A DNA stretch of 64,000 nucleotides from Acidobacteriaceae bacterium. GTDB lineage: Bacteria; Acidobacteriota; Terriglobia; Terriglobales; Acidobacteriaceae. Positions 31,925-41,700 of the stretch are shown piece by piece (position 1 is the first letter of the stretch; each line of letters opens with the position of its first letter). The stretch lies in NCBI GenBank assembly GCA_036509515.1, contig DATCFM010000099.1, positions 7,063-71,062 of the forward strand, read 5' to 3'. The notes below the pieces were generated by a model, which was not told the DNA's origin, did no database searches, and was given only the letters and a program-made list of their open reading frames with translations. Both the position numbers and the translations under genes were made by a program.

Positions 31925-33412
31925 GTGCTGACCTCACAAATATTAGGGGAACTTAGGCTCGGCGAATCAATCGCCGAAACGGATGAAGGACTCGACCGTT
32001 ACTTTGTGAATACTCACACGTTTAACGTTCTTATTCGTGGTGAGAAAGACATCATCGCGGGAGACAAAGGAACAGGTAAAACGGCACTATACCGAATTCT
32101 CAAGAAGCGCGCCCGTGTAGTCGAAGAGCTGAGGACGACGCAAGTCGTAACGGCATTCAACTTGACGGGCAATCCGATATTCCAAGAATTATTGAAAATT
32201 CCCATTCAAGGAGAGGGGCAGTACATTGCATTTTGGAAAACCTACTTCTTGGCATTGGTCGGGAACTGGATGTTGGATCAAGAAGCCATTGTTCGCCAAA
32301 GCAGTATACGGAGAGTTGAGTTTTTCCTAAGTCAAAATAACCTCAAAACTACTGATACGACTCCGAAAGGCGTCTTCTCCAAAATCCTTGCCAAATTTCC
32401 CAAACGATCTCTAAGATCAGCTGAAATTGATCTAGGTATTGCAGAACATGGGATGCCTCATATAAAGCCCAAAGTTGAATACGAAAGTTCAACTGTTCAG
32501 CCTATAAGTTTCTTTGGGGTTGACTACTGGGCTGGATTACAACTGTTAGAATCCTCCCTCAAAGAATCGAATCTTACAGTATGGATTGCGCTCGACCGCC
32601 TCGATGAAGCCTTTCAAGGGTTTCCCGCAGTTGAAATACCAGCGCTTAGGGCGCTCCTCAGAACATATCTTGACCTACGCGAGATCAAGAATTTAGCCGT
32701 CAAGCTTTTCCTTCGAAAGGACCTGTTCCGAAAAATTATATCGGGCGGCTTTGTAAATCTCACACACGTAAATGCCCGAAAGATCGAGATATTTTGGCGC
32801 GATGAAGACTTGAAACACCTCCTCATACGACGGGTACGAGACAGCGAACAAATCTGCGACGAGCTGAGACTTCGCGGTCTTGATAACGACGAGTCGTTCA
32901 CCAAAATCTTTCCCAACAAAGTGTCCCAAGGCGAAAAGCAATCGACGACTTGGAATTGGATTATGTCTCGTATTCGAGATGGTAATGGCGTCATCGCACC
33001 TCGAAATCTTGTTGACCTAGTTGAAAGGGCCAGGGCGGAACAGGTACAAAGCGACCTGATAACGCCGCGTGAGTATCAAGAAGGCACGTCGTTGATAGAA
33101 GCTGAGTCGATTCGCAAAGCTCACAAGACCCTCAGCAAAGAGCGTGTGGAGGACACCCTTTTTTCTGAAGCTGCAGACCTTAGCCAAATATTGGAAAAAT
33201 TTAGACACAAGAAAGCCGAATACGATATCGACGCACTATGTGCTCTTCTCGGGCTAGAAGAGGATTCGGCGAGAGTTGTAGTGAGAGACCTACGAGATGT
33301 CGGTTTCCTCGAAGAGGTAGGCAACGCCTTTAAGGTTCCGATGCTATACCGCGAAGGGTTAAATATCAGACAGGGAAAGGCGAACGGTTCGGAAACTGGA
33401 GATGATGACTAG
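31925..33412 (+). CDS. P-loop ATPase (Sll1717/FunZ-like), AT-richer than host
   Basis: Walker A GDKGTGKT, Walker B WIALDRLDE, KLFLRKDLF, PRNLVDL; composition visibly lower in GC than the flanks. Confidence 0.75.
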   Translation: MLTSQILGELRLGESIAETDEGLDRYFVNTHTFNVLIRGEKDIIAGDKGTGKTALYRILKKRARVVEELRTTQVVTAFNLTGNPIFQELLKIPIQGEGQYIAFWKTYFLALVGNWMLDQEAIVRQSSIRRVEFFLSQNNLKTTDTTPKGVFSKILAKFPKRSLRSAEIDLGIAEHGMPHIKPKVEYESSTVQPISFFGVDYWAGLQLLESSLKESNLTVWIALDRLDEAFQGFPAVEIPALRALLRTYLDLREIKNLAVKLFLRKDLFRKIISGGFVNLTHVNARKIEIFWRDEDLKHLLIRRVRDSEQICDELRLRGLDNDESFTKIFPNKVSQGEKQSTTWNWIMSRIRDGNGVIAPRNLVDLVERARAEQVQSDLITPREYQEGTSLIEAESIRKAHKTLSKERVEDTLFSEAADLSQILEKFRHKKAEYDIDALCALLGLEEDSARVVVRDLRDVGFLEEVGNAFKVPMLYREGLNIRQGKANGSETGDDD

Positions 33413-33461
33413 CCGAGGCGGGTGGCCCACCTACAGAATCTCTCCCGAATCACCAACACCA

Positions 33462-33507
33462 GGGGTGCCCCACCCATGACGACAGCTTGACCGTCGTCAT
33501 GGGTGGG
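33462..33507. repeat. REP-like palindrome (GGGTGCCCCA...GGGTGGG family)
   Basis: CCCACCCATGACGAC-AGCTTGAC-CGTCGTCATGGGTGGG hairpin preceded by GGGGTGCC; related copy inside recG at 50345-50385. Confidence 0.8.
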
Positions 33508-33513
33508 ATTCCA

Positions 33514-34185
33514 CTACGCCCCCGCCAATCGGCCCCTTGCGCGCCTGGCAGCGAAGAGCACGCCAGCCAATCCGGGAAGTAGCAGCAACAGCGAAGACGG
33601 CTCCGGCGCTGGCGCAGGATTCACTAAACACAATCCCGGCTGGCTGAAATCCACAGAGACCTGACCGGCGACGCCCTGACCAAGCGCGGCGGCTTGCGCG
33701 AAGACGCTTAGTTCAACGTCCATTATGAAAGGGACTCCATACTCGACGATCACAGGGCCCTTGCAGGATTGCGCATTTCCGCCATAAACCATCACTGAGC
33801 AGTCGTAGTCTGGACCCTGCTCGGCATACACCTGGTAGTTGAGATCTAAGAATCCAGTTCCAGTGCCGCCGTACAACACATACTCTCCATCAATCTGTGC
33901 TTGAGCCGACCCGGACGCATTGACAGGCGATTCAATGAAAGGATCAAACCCGTCAGCTGAAGCCAGCACGATTCCGCCGAACTGGTTTGCGCTCGCACTC
34001 GCGAAAGATTCCGCATGTATGTCCCCACTCGAAATACTGCAACTTGACTGCGTCGGCCCGAATGAGGAACAGGGCGCTATTCCAGGCACATCTATGGTCG
34101 CGGAAGTTGTGGTGACGACATCGGCCCGAGCCGGCGAAATCCCACCCAGAAAACCCAACAGAACAACGACAAACCCGATCCTCAC
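33514..34185 (-). CDS. PEP-CTERM sorting-domain protein
   Basis: Signal peptide ending ARAD; C-terminal APEPSSLLLLLPGLAGVLFAARRAR. Confidence 0.88.
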   Translation of the reverse strand: MRIGFVVVLLGFLGGISPARADVVTTTSATIDVPGIAPCSSFGPTQSSCSISSGDIHAESFASASANQFGGIVLASADGFDPFIESPVNASGSAQAQIDGEYVLYGGTGTGFLDLNYQVYAEQGPDYDCSVMVYGGNAQSCKGPVIVEYGVPFIMDVELSVFAQAAALGQGVAGQVSVDFSQPGLCLVNPAPAPEPSSLLLLLPGLAGVLFAARRARGRLAGA

Positions 34186-34292
34186 GACGCTCTCCTTTAG
34201 TCGAGGAAGGACTAACCATCAGAGCACCTGTTCCGAGTCCGAGCAACAACTCTCTGGTAACACCAGTGCAGTTACCCCATCCCGACCGAAAA

Positions 34293-34412
34293 TCAACCGT
34301 ACCTGAACCCCGACCTGCTCCGTCCGACCTCGATCATGTACCCATCAGGATCGCGGATGTAGCAGCGCGGCCGTACCGGTCCTTCGGCCCCCGAACTCGA
34401 CTCCCACGACTT
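34293..34412 (-). pseudogene. Duplicated 3' fragment of the VOC gene at 35638-36087
   Basis: 34293-34368 matches 35638-35713 at 69/76 nt (counted by hand) and encodes RCYIRDPDGYMIEVGRSRSGFRYG*; similarity decays with indels up to about 34412. Confidence 0.8.
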
Positions 34413-34571
34413 GACAAAACCCACCCTCGCCCAGGAGCCCTTGTGAGCCCCCCGCGCCACTCCCAACACAACTTGCCTGGCATAGGTCCACCCCTAAGTC
34501 CAATTCCATGAATAATTTGCGCAAAAATAGGGGGGGGGTACCCAGCTCAAATCCCACTCATCCAGGTCCGC

Positions 34572-35561
34572 TCACTGCACCAGCATGGGAATCTCTCGCT
34601 CTATCAGCTCCAGAGTCATCGTGTAGCGAAGCCGCTTTTGCGGACTGTCAGCCTTCTCGGCCATCACGGCCAGCTCGGCCACCGAGGGCTTGATACGCAA
34701 AGGCAAATCGCGCCAATAGTACTTCACATCGTCATGCTTCCAGTCCGCATAGGTGGTCTCCCAGCTTCGTCCGCCTTTAGCCTGGTTGGGAAACACAATC
34801 TCGAACGGTGACACGGGCTCGTCATAGCTTTGAAACCGGCAATCCACAGAACAGCGCAGCTGGTTGGAGGTGCTCAGCGTGGAGCTATGGATCGTCAAGC
34901 TGTGAAAGATCACCACATCGCCTGCATTGATCGGCCCACCCACCCACTCGCCTCCCAGGGCTGTCTCCCGGTTGAGACAGGCGCCGATCTGCTGCATTCC
35001 AAAAAGGTGCGACATCTCCTTGATCTCGAGCGTCCCCTGTCCCTCCAGGCAATCATGCATCGGCATCCACGCTGTATAGCTATCCTGGCTTCCTTGAATT
35101 CCCGAGTGGTCCTGATGCGCATGAAAAACGGCGCCCTCGCAGTTAGGGAAAACCGTCCGTGCAAACGGCTTGGGATGAACCAGAAGATGCGGACCCACAA
35201 GCCGCTTCATCACGCCGGCCAATGCCGGATGATGCGCCAGCGCGTGCAGCCGCTCCAGGCAGAACGCGCGATTGGCAGCTGGCTTATATTTGGGATCTGG
35301 ATCGAAGCACGCCATGGCGGGATTCGCGATGCGGTCCGAGGGCGCGGTCCCCTCCATCGTCCAGCCCTCTTCCGCTGCAATGCCGATCATGTCGCTGAGC
35401 AGCGGCTCCAGGTCCTCTTTCGGCATCAGGTCTCGGATGAAGACGTATCCGTAAGTCTCCATCTCGTTCTTGAGCGATACGGAATCCAGGTCTTTGGCGG
35501 AAATTGTGCGAAAGGCTTTCATCGTGCTCCCCGGAACAACATCTTCGATGTCGCTCAGCAT
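34572..35561 (-). CDS. Phytanoyl-CoA dioxygenase (PhyH)-family Fe(II)/2OG enzyme
   Basis: HQD facial-triad motif (FHAHQD), TAWMPM, GDVVIFHSLTIH, R.SVDCRFQ. Confidence 0.82.
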   Translation of the reverse strand: MLSDIEDVVPGSTMKAFRTISAKDLDSVSLKNEMETYGYVFIRDLMPKEDLEPLLSDMIGIAAEEGWTMEGTAPSDRIANPAMACFDPDPKYKPAANRAFCLERLHALAHHPALAGVMKRLVGPHLLVHPKPFARTVFPNCEGAVFHAHQDHSGIQGSQDSYTAWMPMHDCLEGQGTLEIKEMSHLFGMQQIGACLNRETALGGEWVGGPINAGDVVIFHSLTIHSSTLSTSNQLRCSVDCRFQSYDEPVSPFEIVFPNQAKGGRSWETTYADWKHDDVKYYWRDLPLRIKPSVAELAVMAEKADSPQKRLRYTMTLELIEREIPMLVQ

Positions 35562-35637
35562 ACTTTCCCGGAAGCTCGATATCGTCACTTCTTTGTCATC
35601 AAATTGTCTTATCGTGTCGGCGGGTGGGTTCGCGACA

Positions 35638-36087
35638 TCAACCGTACCTGAACTCCGGCTTGCTCTGTCCGACCTCGATGATGTAGCCGTCAGGATCGCG
35701 GATGTAGCAGCGCCACTCGCCGTACTTATCCAACGGCTCGGTGATGAACTCGGCTCCTCGACTTCGCCACAACGCATAACACGCTTGAATATCCGCAACC
35801 CGGAAGTTCATAAAGCTGCTGATGTGGTCCGGGTCGGGGACGCTGAGCGTGACCGTCGGCTTGTCCGGGGTCGGCCCGCCCCCGACGTTCATAATCATCC
35901 AGATATTCGCAAGCTGAAGGTACCCAGGCGCATTGCCGTCGCCCCTGCACAGAATGCGCGCGCCGAAGACCTTCTCATAGTAATCAAGCGATCGGTTGAT
36001 GTCCTTCACGGTAAGAAAATGCGCGATGCTGATCCCGTCCCGCGGGGGCATCTCATAGCTCTTTTGTTCGACGTTTACGCTGTCCAT
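35638..36087 (-). CDS. VOC/glyoxalase family protein
   Basis: LTVKDINRSLDYYEKVFG, FRVADI, YIRDPDGYIIEV. Confidence 0.88.
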   Translation of the reverse strand: MDSVNVEQKSYEMPPRDGISIAHFLTVKDINRSLDYYEKVFGARILCRGDGNAPGYLQLANIWMIMNVGGGPTPDKPTVTLSVPDPDHISSFMNFRVADIQACYALWRSRGAEFITEPLDKYGEWRCYIRDPDGYIIEVGQSKPEFRYG

Positions 36088-36221
36088 GGACGACTCCAAT
36101 TCCAATACAGAGCCCGTTCGGCAATTAAACACCCCAAAGCCCAGGCGCGCACCTTCTCGTTCCACCCCTGCTTTAAGACTTCCCGATGGCGAACGTTATC
36201 TAATGCAATGGAGATGAAATC

Positions 36222-36886
36222 ATGAACAATTCTGTCGCCATTGTGACTGGAGCAGCCAGGGCATCGGACGTTCCACCGCGATTCGTCTGGCGCGCGATTT
36301 CTCGGCTGTCGTCCTGGCGGCGCGCAATGCCAGCGAACTTGAAGAGGTCGCCGCCGCCGTCAAAGCTGCTGGAGCCGAGGCGCTTCCCATTGCCCTCGAC
36401 CTGAGCCGGACCGAGGCGCCGAAAACTGTCGTCGACACCACACTTCAGCGTTTTGGACGAATCGACGCGTTGTTGAATATCGCAGGCGCCGTTCCACAGA
36501 TCGATCTCTTCGAGATGACCGATGAGCAGTGGAACGCCGGCATGGAGCTGAAGCTCCACGGCGCTCGCCGCTTGACGATTTGGGCATGGGACGCGCTGAA
36601 ACAGGCCCGCGGCTCCGTGGTTTTCATGTCCGGCAGCGCGTCGCTTGATCCCAAGCCGGGCTTCGCCGCCGTGGCCGCGACCGATGCCGCCATTAATGCA
36701 CTCGCCAAGGCGTTCGCGGAACAAGGCATTAAGGATGGCGTTCAGGTGAACAGCATTGTGCCCGGCCCGGTCATGACCGGACGCCGTCGTTTCCAGAGGA
36801 AGCCGGCATCAGCCGCTACGGGCAACCGGAAGAGATCGCCGAACTGCTCGGCTTCATGGGATGGCGGCGAGATCAAAGGGATTTAA
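36222..36886 (+). pseudogene. Short-chain dehydrogenase/reductase, frameshifted and C-terminally deleted
   Basis: VAIVTGA^SQGIG broken by a 1-nt loss near 36253; GRIDALLNIAG and VQVNSIVPGPVMT present; the C-terminus collapses with further shifts. Confidence 0.75.
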
Positions 36887-36959
36887 ATCAGGTGCAAAGA
36901 TGGGGCTTTCCCCGACTAGTTCCTATGAATTCGGCGTGAAATACCAAGCCTGATGCGGC

Positions 36960-38087
36960 TCACAATTCCTCGGGATATGTAGCTGCGAGAAAACGATAGC
37001 CGCATGTCGGGCACCGAATAGGGGCAGCCCTATAACTTTCAGCCACACGAAGTCGCTGCTCACTTGACGGGCAGGTTATTTCGTTCAATGGCCGATTTCG
37101 CAAGGTTCGCCTTCTCAGAGTTCTTGCCAAATACATGGTTTCCTTGGAAAAAGGATTAAGGTAATCCGCATTGAGCAGGATTCTACAGGCATGTAGATAT
37201 GCAAGCATCAGATTCGTCTGCTTAGGAAGCTGAGACTGAGCCAGTTGACATCTATGAAGCAACGGTGCTTTGTCTGACGCTCAATCCTGCTATTCTCCGG
37301 CAGCTCGCGAATCGAAACTAAGTCAAGGGAGAATCGAACGATTACATCGCTCTGTTGTAGCCTCGAATACGACCTCTATACGAGCTAGCATCTCACCGTG
37401 AATATCACACTCGTTGTCAAGAGCTAAATTTCTTGCCCTCAAAACCCTTTCGGAAAATTCTATTCTGCGCACCGCCGTGGGAGACCAGGACTGTCGCAAT
37501 ATAGCCTTTTGCCTGAATGGATTGCTGAGAGCAAAGGTTAGCGAAAATTCTTCAGGGCTAAGATAACCCATATGCGTAGAGGTTACGCTGCGCCTGTCTG
37601 CGAGATAGGTTGTTCTCTCACATTCGCACCCTTCGAGCATAAAGATTCCCAAACCCAGATAGACAGATGCTGTATCCGTGAGCTTCTCATTGGCTAGAGT
37701 ATCGTCCAATTTGATATTGTGGCGGCTCAGATACTTATGAGTAATCTCGTGACAGAGGGTACTGAGAACAACCTCCGGAAATTGCACAATTTTCGTGCTT
37801 AGTTCTATTTGCACCATGTCCGGCGAATCATCTATATGGATCCTCCCTGCAACATTCTCCTCTTGAGAGCGAATTAAAACGATAAATGTGAGATCGCTCA
37901 GATTGAGATGCTGCGCGATGCGTCTTCCAGCCTTTTGAACGGCAATGATCGGATCGTCAGTTGTGGATAGCCGGAACTTCTGAAGGGGTGTTCTTAAACT
38001 GCTTCCAAAAGTGGTTTCCAAAAGGGCAAGACGTTCAATGATTCCAAGAAGTGCATCATTGGAATTGGCTTCGATTACTTTTGGCAT
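36960..38087 (-). CDS. AT-richer HExxH metallopeptidase-like protein with C-terminal zinc-ribbon, split by frameshift(s) around 37260-37370
   Basis: LCHEITH...NEKLTDTASVYLGLG...GYLS in ORF 37323-38087; CPSS..RLRV...CPTCGYRF in ORF 36960-37262. Joining the two is inferred. Confidence 0.55.
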
Positions 38088-38144
38088 CCCGGTCTCTGTG
38101 TGACATGCAATACTACCTGCCGGGTGACCATTTTATGCGCAGCT

Positions 38145-38642
38145 TCATCGCGCATGGGTGGGGTCAGCTGCCGCCAGCAACCCCTTCAAATCCAGCGGCC
38201 CCGTCACCATAGCCAGCTCGCCATCCTTTGTCCGAGGCCACTCCTCCGCCGGCTTGTCCCAGTACAACTCCACACCATTCCCATCCGGGTCGCGCAGATA
38301 CAACGCCTCGCTCACGCCATGATCCGACGCTCCTTCAAGCGGGATCCCCGTCCGCAGCAGCCGTCCCAACGCGTCCCCCAGCTCCGCGCGCGTCGGATAC
38401 ACAATCGCCAGGTGATACAGCCCCGTCGTCCCTGGTGCGGGTGCCGGCCCCTGCGCGCTCTCCCACGTATTCAGTCCGATGTGGTGGTGATATCCGCCGG
38501 CCGAAAGAAACGCCGCGCTGTTGCCCATCCGCTGCGTCACCTCAAAACCGAGAACATCGCGATAGAACGCAATCGCCCGGTCCAGATCGGCGACCTTCAG
38601 ATGAACGTGCCCGATGCGGGCCTGTGGATGAATAGTTGGCAT
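38145..38642 (-). CDS. VOC family protein (catechol 2,3-dioxygenase-like half domain)
   Basis: IGHVHLKVADL, GGYHHHIGLNTW, GLYHLAI, DHGVSEALYLRDPDGNGVELY. Confidence 0.9.
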   Translation of the reverse strand: MPTIHPQARIGHVHLKVADLDRAIAFYRDVLGFEVTQRMGNSAAFLSAGGYHHHIGLNTWESAQGPAPAPGTTGLYHLAIVYPTRAELGDALGRLLRTGIPLEGASDHGVSEALYLRDPDGNGVELYWDKPAEEWPRTKDGELAMVTGPLDLKGLLAAADPTHAR

Positions 38643-38691
38643 CCCTGTTAGATCACCTCTGCGCCATCAGGATTCGGAACCCGACAATAGA

Positions 38692-38715
38692 AAGGCGGCT
38701 CAACCGAGCCGCCTT
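38692..38715 (-). terminator. Rho-independent terminator of rne
   Basis: AAGGCGGCTC-AACC-GAGCCGCCTT hairpin; reads ...CCTTTCTATT on the minus strand. Confidence 0.75.
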
Positions 38716-38725
38716 CCCGCTTTAT

Positions 38726-38753
38726 CACTAACTACTAATCACTAACCACTACC
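38726..38753. repeat. Heptamer tandem repeat after the rne stop
   Basis: CACTAAC-TACTAAT-CACTAAC-CACTACC. Confidence 0.7.
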
Positions 38754-38754
38754 T

Positions 38755-41700
38755 CTAGTGAATATCGAACTGCTCCGGGTGCAGGCTCGGATCGGACTTC
38801 ACCAGGATCGTCTTCCGGCTCATCTCTTCCATCTCCTGCAGCCACTTGCCGCCGTTCGACTTCAGCTGCTTCACGACCTCCGGGTTGACGCGCAGCATGA
38901 TGTCGCCCTTCTCGAGGTGACGATGCATCTTGCGCAGCTCGATGAAGATCTCATTGCAGACCGTGATCGGCGACTTCACCATGCCCGTGCCCGTGCAGAT
39001 GCCGCAGGTCGTCGACAGCGTGCGCTCCAGCGATTGCTTCACGCGTTTGCGCGTAATCGCGACGAGTCCGAAATCATTGAACTGTAGGACCTTCGATGGC
39101 GCGCGATCCTTCTTGAGCTCGTCTTCGAGCGCGATCAGCACCTTCTGCCGGTTCCTGCGCTCGTCCATGTCGATGAAGTCGATGACGATGATGCCGCCCA
39201 GGTCGCGCAGCCGGATCTGCCGCACGATCTCCGGAATCGCATCGAGGTTGGTCTTCACAATCGTGTCTTCAAGCCGCGCCGTCTTGCCGACGTACTTGCC
39301 GGTGTTGATGTCGATCGCCACCAGCGCTTCCGTCTGGTTGATCACAATCGATCCGCCCGACTTCAGCCACACCTTCGAGCGCAGCGCCTTGTTGATCTCC
39401 TCCTGGATGCCGAACTGCTCGAACAGCGGTGTCTCCTTGGAGTAGAGCTTCACGCGCCGGATCAGCGACGGCTGGAAGCGTTGCAGGAAGCGCAGCACGC
39501 GCTCGTACTCGGTCTCCGTATCCACCCAGATGGCGGAGAAGTTGTCCGTCACCTGGTCGCGCAGAATACGCTCGACGAGGTTGAGGTCGTGATAGATCAG
39601 CGCGGGCGATTTCGACGACTCCGACCGCTGCTTGATGTCCGCCCACAGATTGAGTAGGAATCTCAGATCGCTGCGCAACTCCTCCTCGCTCGCGCCCGAG
39701 GCCGCCGTGCGCACGATGAATCCGCCGCTGGCCTCGCCCTTCTCGCTCAACAAAATTTCTTTAAGCCTGCGCCGCTCGGCGTCACTCTCGATCTTGCGCG
39801 AGACGCCGACATGGTTCACCGTCGGCATGAACACCAAAAACCGCCCGGGCAGCGCAATGTGCGACGTGATGCGCGCGCCCTTCTTCGCGATGGGCTCCTT
39901 GGCAATCTGCACCAGGAGCTCCTGCCCCGGCTTCAGCAGATCGCTGATCGCCGGCAGATCGGTGGTCTGCATCGAGTGTCGTCCCGAGCGCCCGCCGTTG
40001 CGTCCGCTGCCCGCGCCGCGACGACTATCGCGGCTGTCGCGCTCGCGGCCACGGCCACGGCCTCTGTCGCGGCCATCGCGACGGACCCGACCGCGTCCGG
40101 GCTCGCGCTCCGTCGAGCTCTCGCCCGCAGGCCGAACTTCACCCTCTTCAGCCTCCGTGTCCGCGCCGTCGGACTCCTCTTCGTCGGCCGCGTCTTCCTC
40201 TTCGATCTCATCCACATCGCTGCCGGCAATCGACTCATCCGCGTCGAGCTCGTCCTCCTCCATCTCCTCTTCGGAGATATCGAAGTCGTCGTCCTCCTCG
40301 TCCTCATCCAGCTCTGCCGCATCCGACCGGGTCAACTGGTCGATCGACATCTCGCGCAGCATCGTCCCAAGATCGGCGTCATGCTCCAGTGTCTCTTCCT
40401 CGTAGTCCTCGCCGCCGGCAGCATGCAGCGCCGGCAACTCGCCCTCCTCATCGTCCATCAACTCCTCTTCGAGCTGCCCGGTCCCTGGCGCGAAGGTCTG
40501 CGGCGACTCCGCATGCGCAAGGTCCACCGACGGCACCGCGCCCTCATCCGCAACCGGAGCGCCCGTCTGTCCTGCTTCCTCGCGCGCAGTCTCAGCCTCC
40601 GGCGTCAGCGGCCACTCCGAGATCATCTCTCCCGTCGGCTGCACCGCCGTGAACTCATGAGCTGGAGTAGCGCCCGCGAATCCATGGCTCTCGTCCATCC
40701 GCACTTCGGCAACGCCTTCCGCGTCGCCAGGCTCGGTCGCCTCGTCCACCGTCCCGCCGTGGCGAAACTCCCGCGGCGCCGCGGCGCCGACGCGATACGA
40801 GGCCGAAGCCTCCTCGCCCGGCTCATACTCGGCGACTGTCTCGTGAAACTCCTCGACAGCTTCCAGCAGATCCTCGCCCAGAGCCGGAGCCTGAGTCTCC
40901 GCCGGCGCAAGATCGGTCGCAGCCTCGTACTTCACGTCCCGCGCAGCCTGATGCTCCAACTCCATCCGCGCCTCGGTCTCCGCCACCTCGAACGCCGGAA
41001 CATCGTCGCTGAACGGCCGCGCACTGGGCTCCGGTTCATGCTGCGAGGTCACCGCGGGCTGAACCGCCTCGGCCGGCGTCAGCGATCTGTCGTGGCTTTC
41101 AAATCTTCCCGATCTTTCCGGTCTTCCAGATCGTTCGCCGCGCCCGGAACGGCCGCGCTGTTCATCGCGCTCCCGCCGCCGCCCGCGCCCGCTCTCGCTG
41201 CCGCCTTCCCTGCCAGATGTCTGCGCATGCGACTCGCGCGATTCCCTTGGCGCCGTCTCTCCGCCGCGATGCCGCGAAAGCGACTCGCCGGGAAGCGTCA
41301 AACCGCCATCCCACGCCGCCGGAAGCTCGAACTCCGTCGAAGGCCGCACGGTCGCCATGAACGGAGCCGCGCTCTCGGACCGTCCCGTGTCAGCACCCCC
41401 GCGCCCGCTCTCCTCACCGCGGCGATACTTCGACAGCGACTCGCCGGGGAGAATAAATGGCTCCGCCGACGCGCTAAGGTCGACCGTCTCCTCTTCGCCG
41501 CCCGCGCGATGCCCGCGCGGCGCAAAGCGCTCACGAATCGACTCCTGCCTCCCCCGAACCGCGTCGCGCCCACCGCGCCCCTCGCGTCCACGCCCAGAAT
41601 CACGCCCGGCCTCACGGCCAGAGTCACGTCCGGCTTCGTGGCCAGATTGGCGCCCAGACTCGCCCCCAGACTCACGGCTCCCGTGGCTGCGCTCCTCCGC

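Noticed and set aside
34494-34541. AT-rich stretch with a G9 run after the PhyH gene
   Set aside because: Single occurrence in the window and non-coding; cannot be shown to be a repeat family or a phase-variable tract.
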